Assembly: GCA_002781785.1 (NCBI GenBank)
Contig: PFGC01000042.1
Span: forward strand, 14,746-69,753
DNA length: 55,008 nucleotides
From: Candidatus Kerfeldbacteria bacterium CG15_BIG_FIL_POST_REV_8_21_14_020_45_12
GTDB lineage: Bacteria; Patescibacteriota; Patescibacteriia; UBA9570; XYC2-FULL-38-9
Reading direction: 5' to 3'
Below are positions 10,377-18,014 of this stretch, piece after piece; position 1 is the stretch's first letter, and each line of letters starts with the position of its first letter. Position numbers and translations under genes: made by a program. A model generated the notes under the pieces. It had not been told where the DNA came from. It saw only the letters and a list, made by a program, of their open reading frames with translations, and searched no databases.

Positions 10377-13300
10377 TTAAGCTGCGTCTTTGTCTACTCT
10401 GATGACACCTTCTTCATCAGAAGATTCGTTGGCGCGCTCACGATATTCGAATGGGCGTTCATTGCGCTCAGCTTTCGTTGCGTCAATATCAATCGCCTTA
10501 TCGTCACTATCGAGCAACTCAACATCAAGACCAAGTCCCTTCAACTCACGAACCAGCACGTTAAAGGATTCAGGAACATTTTCCTTGATAATATCCTCTC
10601 CCTTAATGGTAGCCTCGTAAGCCTTTGAACGTCCTGGAACATCATCAGATTTAATCGTCAACATTTCCTGAAGAGTATGAGCGGCTCCATATGCCTCAAG
10701 TGCCCACACTTCCATTTCTCCAAAACGCTGTCCGCCAAACTGAGCTTTACCACCCAGTGGCTGTTGAGTTACCAAACTGTATGGACCAATCGAACGTTGG
10801 TGAATCTTGTCTTCAACCATGTGATTAAGTTTCAGCATGTATGAAACACCACACATAACTGTTCTATCAAACTTCTCACCGTTACGGCCGTCGTTCAACT
10901 CAATCATTCCATCTCGTGGGAATCCAGCACGTTCAAGTTCGTCACGAATAGTATCGTCTTTTACTCCATCAAATGGCGGAGTAGCAACTTTGTACCCAAG
11001 GGTACGAGCCGCCAAGCCAAGATGAGTTTCCAGCACCTGTCCTAGGTTCATACGAGATACCACACCGAGTGGATTCAAAATAATATCAATCGGCGTACCG
11101 TCGTTCATGTAAGGCATGTCTTCTACTGGAACAATACGTGAGATAACACCTTTGTTTCCATGACGACCAGCCATCTTATCACCAACTTGGATCTTACGAA
11201 GTTGAGCGATAGTTACCTGAATGGTTCTAGTTACTCCTGCTGGCAACTTATCGCCGTTCTCCTTGCTAAAAATTTTAACGTCAATAACTTTTCCATGCTC
11301 ACCGTGAGCCAAGTATAAAGATGAATCTTTCACGTCCTTAGCCTTCTCTCCGAAGATAGCACGAAGCAGTTTTTCTTCAGCTGAAAGTTCAGTCTCACCC
11401 TTTGGTGTGATTTTTCCAACCAAGATATCACCAGAATAAACCTGAGCGCCAATTCGGATAATACCGTGCTCGTCTAAGTTCTTCAGCTTCTCTTCAGAAA
11501 CGTTAGGGATATCACGAGTTACCTGCTCAGGCCCAAGCTTGGTGTCACGCACATCAACGCTATAATCTTCGATATGAATAGAGGTGTAACGATCAGCTTC
11601 AACCAAACGACTAGAGATCAAAATAGCATCTTCATAGTTACCACCTTCCCATGGCATGTATGCCACAGTTACGTTTTGTCCAAGCGCTAACTCACCACCA
11701 TCGGTAGCTGAACCATCAGCTAGAATCGCTCCAGCTTCAACTTTTTGACCTCGGTCAACAATTGGCCTTTGGTTAATAGAGGTAGAAGCGTTAGAACGAA
11801 CAAAGCTCTTCATTGGATACTCTCGAATGCCTAGCTTGCCTTTAATCAAGACACGATTGGCGTCTACTGCTTCTACAGTTCCAGCCTCTTCCGAAACCAC
11901 AACCTGTCCAGAATCTTTAGCTGAACGATGTTCAACGCCCGTACCTACCACTGGGGAGTCAGGCTGAATGCAAGGCACCGCCTGTCGTTGCATGTTTGTT
12001 CCCATCAGGGCACGAACAGCATCGTTATGCTCAATAAATGGAATCAGCGCCGTTGAAATCGAGATAATCTGCTTCGGCGATACATCCATGTAATCAATTT
12101 TTTCAACACCAGCCACAATCGGTTTCATGTGCTCTCGAACCTCAGCCCGCTCTGCCACAAAGTATCCGTTCTCATCAAGCTCTGTCGTAGCAGCCGTGGT
12201 TGTTAGTTTTTCTTCGGTAAAGGCATCAATATATTCAACATCATCACTAACACGAGGCTTAACTGGGACAGCCTCAAGCTTCTGCATTTTCTTAGCTTGA
12301 TCCTTAGTGATTTTATCACCGGCCTTTGCAACAACTGAACCGTCGACCTCGATGTCTTCTCTGGCAATCTCGCCCTCAGCCTCAGCTGGAATTGGATCGT
12401 GCACAACTTTTCGGAAAGGAGTCTCAATGAAACCAAAATCATTAATCCGAGCGTAGGAAGCCAAGTGACCAACCAGTCCAATGTTTGGACCTTCTGGAGT
12501 AGCAATCGGACAAATACGACCATAATGAGTGCGGTGAACATCTCGAACTTCAAAACCAGCGCGTTCACGAGACAAGCCGCCTGGACCCATCGCAGATAAA
12601 CGACGTTTATGTTCAAGCTCTGCCAGAGGATTGGTTTGGTCCATGAACTGCGACAACTGTGAGCTCATGAAAAATTCCTTCACTGAACCAATCACCGGAC
12701 GAGCGTTGATTAAAATTCCAGGAGTCAGAGTTTCAACATCCTTAGTAGACATTCGATCTTTTACGATACGCTCCATTCGGGACAAACCAATCCGGAATTT
12801 GTTTTGCACCAATTCACCCACTGCTCTCACGCGTCGATTTCCAAGATGATCAATATCATCTGGTTCTTCCTGAGTGATGTTTAAACGAATAACTTCACTA
12901 ACAATTTCAACTAAATCTTCACGGCGTAAAACACGAGTGTCAGGAGTATTAGGAATGTCAAAACCAAAACGCTTGTTAATTTTATATCGACCAACTCGAC
13001 CAAAGTCATATCGATCGAAGTTAAAGAACATGGCGTGAATCAAAGAGCGCGCATTATCAACTGTAGCTAGATCGCCTGGTCGAATACGTTTGTAAACTTC
13101 TTTTAAACCTTCCGCTTCTGATTTAGCAACGTCTTTCTCCAAAGTAGCAGCAATGTACTGATTGTTCGGATCAATATCAACATCCTTAAATAGTTCCAGA
13201 ATTTCCTCATCGGTGCCATATCCCAAAGCCCGCATCAAAGAAGTTACTGGAACTTTACGCTTACGGTCTACCTTCACATAAATAACATTGTCATGATTTG

Positions 13301-13802
13301 TTTCGATCTCAAGCCAAGCACCACGGTTTGGAATAATCTTGGCACCATAATAAATGTTGCCCTTCATGAAGTCTGAGGTGAAAAACACACCAGCCGATCG
13401 GATTAACTGAGACACCACAACACGCTCAATGCCATTAACCACAAAAGTTCCTCGATCAGTCATTAGCGGAAAGTCGCCCAAAAATACTTCCTGCTCCTTA
13501 ACTTCATTAGTCCGCTTGTTAACCAGTTTCGTGTTCACCCGCAGTGCTGCCTCGTAGGTCAGATTTTTGTCCTTGGCAATTACCTCATCAAAACGCGGTG
13601 CGTCCAAATAATAATCCATGAAGTGCAGCTCGAGATCACGACTGGTAAAATCCTCAATCGGCGAAATCTCCTCAAATAGCTCCTTTAGACCAGTTTCCAT
13701 AAACCAGTCATAAGATGTCTGCTGAATCTTGATCAAATCTGGAAGCTCGATAGCCTCGTGGCTAGTCGTAAAGTACTTCCGCTCTTGAACTTTATTGGGC
13801 AT
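10377..13802 (-). CDS. rpoB: DNA-directed RNA polymerase subunit beta
   Basis: Rif-cluster SQLSQFMDQTNPLAELEHKRRLSA, GRHGNKGVISRI, and FGEMEVWALEAYGAA; 1141 aa. The stop lies 24 nt upstream of the rpoC start. Confidence 0.97.
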   Translation of the reverse strand: MPNKVQERKYFTTSHEAIELPDLIKIQQTSYDWFMETGLKELFEEISPIEDFTSRDLELHFMDYYLDAPRFDEVIAKDKNLTYEAALRVNTKLVNKRTNEVKEQEVFLGDFPLMTDRGTFVVNGIERVVVSQLIRSAGVFFTSDFMKGNIYYGAKIIPNRGAWLEIETNHDNVIYVKVDRKRKVPVTSLMRALGYGTDEEILELFKDVDIDPNNQYIAATLEKDVAKSEAEGLKEVYKRIRPGDLATVDNARSLIHAMFFNFDRYDFGRVGRYKINKRFGFDIPNTPDTRVLRREDLVEIVSEVIRLNITQEEPDDIDHLGNRRVRAVGELVQNKFRIGLSRMERIVKDRMSTKDVETLTPGILINARPVIGSVKEFFMSSQLSQFMDQTNPLAELEHKRRLSAMGPGGLSRERAGFEVRDVHRTHYGRICPIATPEGPNIGLVGHLASYARINDFGFIETPFRKVVHDPIPAEAEGEIAREDIEVDGSVVAKAGDKITKDQAKKMQKLEAVPVKPRVSDDVEYIDAFTEEKLTTTAATTELDENGYFVAERAEVREHMKPIVAGVEKIDYMDVSPKQIISISTALIPFIEHNDAVRALMGTNMQRQAVPCIQPDSPVVGTGVEHRSAKDSGQVVVSEEAGTVEAVDANRVLIKGKLGIREYPMKSFVRSNASTSINQRPIVDRGQKVEAGAILADGSATDGGELALGQNVTVAYMPWEGGNYEDAILISSRLVEADRYTSIHIEDYSVDVRDTKLGPEQVTRDIPNVSEEKLKNLDEHGIIRIGAQVYSGDILVGKITPKGETELSAEEKLLRAIFGEKAKDVKDSSLYLAHGEHGKVIDVKIFSKENGDKLPAGVTRTIQVTIAQLRKIQVGDKMAGRHGNKGVISRIVPVEDMPYMNDGTPIDIILNPLGVVSRMNLGQVLETHLGLAARTLGYKVATPPFDGVKDDTIRDELERAGFPRDGMIELNDGRNGEKFDRTVMCGVSYMLKLNHMVEDKIHQRSIGPYSLVTQQPLGGKAQFGGQRFGEMEVWALEAYGAAHTLQEMLTIKSDDVPGRSKAYEATIKGEDIIKENVPESFNVLVRELKGLGLDVELLDSDDKAIDIDATKAERNERPFEYRERANESSDEEGVIRVDKDAA

Positions 13803-13903
13803 ATGCGGTCCTCTTAATATATAGAACTGAATTAGTAGAATTGGAACTGAAAATCGTGCCTCCTAGTCAGAGCTATGTAAAATCCACCGCGCACAGACAG
13901 ACT

Positions 13904-13940
13904 AAAAACCCCACGTCCTTATGTCTATTAGGGACGAGGG
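13904..13940 (-). promoter_or_regulatory. Terminator-like hairpin in the rpoB 5' leader (possible attenuator)
   Basis: Minus strand reads CCCUCGUCC-(13 nt loop)-GGACGUGGG followed by GUUUUU. The stem is 8 bp with one mismatch. It lies about 100 nt upstream of the rpoB ATG. Confidence 0.3.
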
Positions 13941-14068
13941 TCACTGCTACCTTACAAGTTGTACGGGAGAGTAGAGATGGACACGCCGATTTACAGGCTT
14001 TCTGCCAAAATTTGACAGAATCAGATTGTTTGCATCACGCCATCACGAAGTCAGGAAAGTCGGGAATT

Positions 14069-14097
14069 AGTGTACAAATTTTTGGAGCCCCTGTCAA
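14069..14097 (-). promoter_or_regulatory. Candidate sigma70-type promoter for rpoBC
   Basis: Minus strand: TTGACA (plus 14092-14097), 17-nt spacer, TACACT (plus 14069-14074). A second CTTGACAGG copy lies 22 nt upstream (plus 14112-14120). Confidence 0.35.
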
Positions 14098-14251
14098 GAA
14101 ACCTAGTATTACCTGTCAAGAGGTCCGTAATCAGCATTTTTTATGCTAATATTAGCGAAGAACGAGTAAATGAATTTTTGCAAGTGATTTTCTATCCTCA
14201 TTTGTTCACGAAAGTTACCCACATTCTCCACAGTTTTGTACACAGGGCAGT

Positions 14252-15577
14252 TTAGATCATTTTTACCTTCCGCATCGCCTCTCGTGCCACCTCCCTGTCG
14301 TCCCAATTTATCTTCTTACCTCCAGCTAAACACATCTTTTGTTCAGCTCCTTTTGCCGTCAAAATGACCACATCTCCAGGCTTAGCTAAAGCACAAGCCT
14401 TAACAATAGCCTCAGATCTGTCCAAAACACGCCAAAAAGTCTCACCTTCTACCTTACCGGCCTTGAGCACACCTTCCGCCACCATATCTATAATCACTTG
14501 TGGATCGTCATCATACGGGTCCTCGTCTGTCACGATGACATAATCACAGAGCTCGCCCGCCACCTGACCGTTTGGCGCTCGTCTACCAACGTCACGGCCG
14601 CCGCCAGTTGAACTTATTAAAGTAATTAATTTGTTGCCTGATTCAATTCGCGCCCGACAAAACTCATAAAGCAGTCGCAAACTCACCGGTTCATAAGCAT
14701 AATCAACAATCACTGCATAATCCTGCCCCTCGTCGACAAACTCCATACGCCCCGGCACCGGCTCAAGTTCCGCCACAGAATCTATCATTTCTGGCAGGTT
14801 AATTCCCACAGCCGAACCAATTCCCATGGCCATCGCCGTATTCATAACATTCCATTTTCCCAACAAAGGAATGCGAGCTGGCCTACAATCAACTTGGAAT
14901 TCCGTGCCATTGATCTGTTCTCTAATATCAGTCACATAAATGTCATTTGGCTCTGTTGTGCCAACTCTCACTTTAAGGTGATCACCGATGGCTAAAAAAT
15001 CCTCAGCAAAATCAGAATCAGTATTGATAACACTGGCCTTCTCTATCTTCTTTCCGTTAATCACCTTGCTTGGCAGAGCCGACAAGTGGGTGAATAGTTT
15101 CAATTTTGCAGCTTTATAATTATCAAAACCACCGTGTGACTCCAGGTGTTCTGGTGAAATATTTGTAAAAGCGCAGACATCAAAATGAATACTGGAGTGC
15201 CTATATTGTTTAATTCCCTCTGAAGTTGTCTCAACCACGGCTACATCACAACCCTCTCGCCACATTTCTCGTAGTAAACGTTGCATTCGAAAACGACCCA
15301 GCATCGTCATTTTGGTATCGTTCAACTTTTGCTTATTGCCAATTCTAAAATTAATAGTTCCAGTAACACCAACCGTATGCCCGGCGTCAGTCAAAATCTT
15401 CCAAAGAATATTACTGGTCGTCGATTTTCCTTTAGTTCCGGTTACTCCAATCACAATCATTTTACGAGATGGGTGCTGGTAAATAACCGCTGCTAGCCAC
15501 GCCACCGCTCGATAATAAAAGTCCATCACTTGAGATGGAGTCAACTTCCTAGCTAATTCTTTTAAGCGGTAAAACAT
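14252..15577 (-). CDS. murE: Mur ligase, MurE-like UDP-MurNAc-tripeptide synthetase (short N-terminus)
   Basis: P-loop VIGVTGTKGKSTT, VVETTSEG, FTNISPEHLESHG, and a C-terminal domain with VTDEDPYDDDP where mDAP-type enzymes carry DNPR. Start moved from 15718 to the ATG at 15577, 5 nt after the mgtC stop. The longer ORF would overlap mgtC. Confidence 0.8.
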   Translation of the reverse strand: MFYRLKELARKLTPSQVMDFYYRAVAWLAAVIYQHPSRKMIVIGVTGTKGKSTTSNILWKILTDAGHTVGVTGTINFRIGNKQKLNDTKMTMLGRFRMQRLLREMWREGCDVAVVETTSEGIKQYRHSSIHFDVCAFTNISPEHLESHGGFDNYKAAKLKLFTHLSALPSKVINGKKIEKASVINTDSDFAEDFLAIGDHLKVRVGTTEPNDIYVTDIREQINGTEFQVDCRPARIPLLGKWNVMNTAMAMGIGSAVGINLPEMIDSVAELEPVPGRMEFVDEGQDYAVIVDYAYEPVSLRLLYEFCRARIESGNKLITLISSTGGGRDVGRRAPNGQVAGELCDYVIVTDEDPYDDDPQVIIDMVAEGVLKAGKVEGETFWRVLDRSEAIVKACALAKPGDVVILTAKGAEQKMCLAGGKKINWDDREVAREAMRKVKMI

Positions 15578-15582
15578 AACAA

Positions 15583-16044
15583 TTAGTCCTCTTTGCCCTG
15601 AACTGGAGGAATCAGATGCCCCAACAAATATAATACAATCATCACCAGCGCTGTAGAAACTATGGCTGTCCAATACCACCCGACACCAACCGCCATCCCA
15701 ATCGCAGCGCACAGCCAAACACTAGCCGAAGTAGTCAGTCCCCGAATTTTATCATCACGAAAGACAATCATGCCGGCACCAAGAAAACCTACCCCCACCA
15801 CAATCTGGGACATAATCCGAGAAACATCTACCCCCGACTGAAGTTCGTGACCTGAAAAACCATACAGTGAGATTAACGTAAAAAGAGTGGACCCCATAGT
15901 TACTAAGCCCAAAGTACGCGGTCCGGCCTCCTTTTTATCAGCTCTGCGCTCAAATCCAACAACACCCCCCAGCAGCAGTGCTAAAGCAATTTGAGCAATA
16001 TAAATAAGTTCCTGATTCATAACTTCAGTATAAAGGAATCTCAC
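15583..16044 (-). CDS. MgtC/SapB-family membrane protein
   Basis: ALALLLGGVVGFERR motif plus four or five hydrophobic helices. The track start at 16044 is GTG; an ATG at 16020 (MNQELIY) is an alternative. Confidence 0.85.
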   Translation of the reverse strand: MRFLYTEVMNQELIYIAQIALALLLGGVVGFERRADKKEAGPRTLGLVTMGSTLFTLISLYGFSGHELQSGVDVSRIMSQIVVGVGFLGAGMIVFRDDKIRGLTTSASVWLCAAIGMAVGVGWYWTAIVSTALVMIVLYLLGHLIPPVQGKED

Positions 16045-16055
16045 TGAAAATCCAG

Positions 16056-16943
16056 CTAGACCTGTTGTCGAGGCGGTAAGGCCTCTACTGCCACAACAGG
16101 GCTTGGCGGGTAAATAATCTGTAGATCACCATCGGGCGTGAACTGCGCCGATTCTGCTCCAAGAATATATTCAGCCAAGGCACGTCGTGGGTCAGCCAAA
16201 CGAACCTCCGCCGGACCGTCGCTAAAGATTTTAACCCAATCCTCTTGTGAAAGTGGTCTTAACTTAGCATCATCAACCAATAATCTAATGCCGGCCATGG
16301 CCAACAGTCTGTCAGAGACCTCATCACCGCTCCCCCAATCACCTTCCCGAAAATTAAACCATTGCGCATTCCAACGCATCTCATTCATCTCGGGAGTAAT
16401 GTACTTCAAATGAGCCGGGTCAAGCCGTGCGACCGAAAAAATAACGCGCCATTCATCACTCATAGCACGCATCACTCTTTCTAACACACTGGGAAGGTTA
16501 AACTCCTCGGCCATTCGCTGTAGTTCAGGACGGCGCTCTGGCTCTTGTATAGTTATTGCAGCCAGCCACTCAAATGTTTTTGATAACTCATATAGCGCAC
16601 TCATTTCTTCAGCTGAATGCCCAGTAGTATTATTTTCAAAGCGATTCGCATCCCTGACGCGAGCCTGCAAAGCATCTTTAATATCTTCATCACTTGATTG
16701 CGGCACTTCTCCAACAGAGGTGCCGACAAGCTCCGCGTAACAAGACAGCATGAATGCCTCACGAAGAACGCCAATATTCCTATGATCTTCAATAGTTACG
16801 CGCTGTAGGGCTCGCACCTCAGGCGTCAAATCAACCAGCGGATCAAAACCAAAACTACGGCGCTCTGGCACGGTTTCACGATTACGGAGCAATGAACCTG
16901 CGCGCTCCCGACCGACTTGTAACTGACCATCTCTTCTTCTCAT
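16056..16943 (-). CDS. Hypothetical protein P3 (295 aa); member of the MRR..GRxRAxxL / LPPRxxV terminal-motif family
   Basis: N-terminus MRRRDGQLQVGRERAGSLL and C-terminus PDGDLQIIYPPSPVVAVEALPPRQQV. The start overlaps the P2 stop (ATGA). No signal peptide or TM segment, and no domain I recognise. Confidence 0.6.
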   Translation of the reverse strand: MRRRDGQLQVGRERAGSLLRNRETVPERRSFGFDPLVDLTPEVRALQRVTIEDHRNIGVLREAFMLSCYAELVGTSVGEVPQSSDEDIKDALQARVRDANRFENNTTGHSAEEMSALYELSKTFEWLAAITIQEPERRPELQRMAEEFNLPSVLERVMRAMSDEWRVIFSVARLDPAHLKYITPEMNEMRWNAQWFNFREGDWGSGDEVSDRLLAMAGIRLLVDDAKLRPLSQEDWVKIFSDGPAEVRLADPRRALAEYILGAESAQFTPDGDLQIIYPPSPVVAVEALPPRQQV

Positions 16944-17824
16944 AAGTTTGTTCGTGGCGGCAATGACCTCTCTTTAACCACCTCATTAAGAAAAGTGCAC
17001 TCAACGCGACCACTAGAGCCAACCCGAACAGCGTCGGCTGTTAAAAGAGCTTTCAAAGCTAAAAGTTCAGTGAGAATAAAGGCCTCTGTCGCAGTATTCG
17101 TAGCACCACCTGAGGCAACCTCATTAAGCTTTTCCTGCAACACTTTTTGCTGCTTAATAATTTTTTCCTCAAAACTCCGCATTGAAAAACCACCTGTTTC
17201 CAAATCATTAATCAAATCCCTCTCTGGGTGAATCATTCGTAAATACATCGCAGTCGGACAAGACAGTGCAAACAGTGCAAATTGATCACGAACCAACTCG
17301 CGATAGAGGCCAGAGTCATCACAAGTAATAGGCGGCTCCTCCGGAAACATAATTCGATGCATCAAAGCTAGCGGCAGCTCACTTGAATGTGACCGCAAGT
17401 GACTGCGCGATTCTCTTAAGCGCTTAAGAGGTGTTGATTCCAAAAGCGTCCTCCGTTCCATTGCTGAAATCGGTTGCCCAATTTGAGCCCAGGACAACAT
17501 TAGATCATAATCTTGACTATGAAACTGTCCTCCACGATTCAACGCTCTCGCAAAAGTGCCAAAAGATGTCCTACCAAAAAAATCTTTTTCTACCTCCTCC
17601 AACCTATCTGGCAACACTAATGACACCGCAGCCAAATGCATGCCCTCATACTGCATATCATTAAATCTGCCCGAAGCGTGCACATTAAACTCAAGAACTG
17701 CGCGTTGCTGGTCTTCGGTCAATCCATGTTCAAATTTAACCTCTTTAGCTGGCTCAGGCTCAATAGCAAGCTCCGTAGCTCGCAGTCTAATACCTTCAAT
17801 TCTACTACTACGATTGGCTCTCAT
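16940..17824 (-). CDS. Hypothetical protein P2 (294 aa); member of the same terminal-motif family
   Basis: N-terminus MRANRSSRIEGIRLRATELAIEPEP and C-terminus SSGRVECTFLNEVVKERSLPPRTNL. It starts 12 nt after the P1 stop. Confidence 0.6.
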   Translation of the reverse strand: MRANRSSRIEGIRLRATELAIEPEPAKEVKFEHGLTEDQQRAVLEFNVHASGRFNDMQYEGMHLAAVSLVLPDRLEEVEKDFFGRTSFGTFARALNRGGQFHSQDYDLMLSWAQIGQPISAMERRTLLESTPLKRLRESRSHLRSHSSELPLALMHRIMFPEEPPITCDDSGLYRELVRDQFALFALSCPTAMYLRMIHPERDLINDLETGGFSMRSFEEKIIKQQKVLQEKLNEVASGGATNTATEAFILTELLALKALLTADAVRVGSSGRVECTFLNEVVKERSLPPRTNL

Positions 17825-17836
17825 AAAATTACTTAA

Positions 17837-17977
17837 TCACACTTGTGGCCGCGGCGGCAAGGCTATAGTTTTCTCAACTGCAGGCACCTTCCAACACTGC
17901 ACACCATCATCATAATGAATAAGATCAGCCGCGCGGATTCTTCCTGATAAATTTGTCTCTCCTGTTCTACGCCTCAT
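17837..17977 (-). CDS. Small ORF P1 (46 aa, not in the supplied track): minimal member made of only the N- and C-terminal family motifs
   Basis: Own translation: MRRRTGETNLSGRIRAADLIHYDDGVQCWKVPAVEKTIALPPRPQV, stop TGA at 17837-17839. It lies 37 nt after the protease stop. No obvious Shine-Dalgarno, but P2 and P3 lack one too. Confidence 0.45.
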   Translation of the reverse strand: MRRRTGETNLSGRIRAADLIHYDDGVQCWKVPAVEKTIALPPRPQV

Positions 17978-18014
17978 AAAATACAAACTTATTTATATAA
18001 TATTTGCGCGATTG

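Noticed and set aside
12206-12218. A 13-nt exact match (GTTTTTCTTCGGT) to the lexA-promoter repeat, inside the rpoB coding sequence.
   Set aside because: It matches only part of the 21-mer, lies deep inside an essential gene on the coding-opposite strand, and is T-rich. It is most likely chance, but worth re-examining if LexA binding to the repeat is confirmed.
14252-15718. Long N-terminal extensions given by the ORF track for several genes: 15718, 24586, 44746, 53746, 40496, 39061, 46509, 45627, 22641 and 6288.
   Set aside because: The extensions overlap the upstream gene or a terminator, or precede an internal ATG with a better RBS and a family-typical N-terminus. I report the shorter starts, and they remain predictions.
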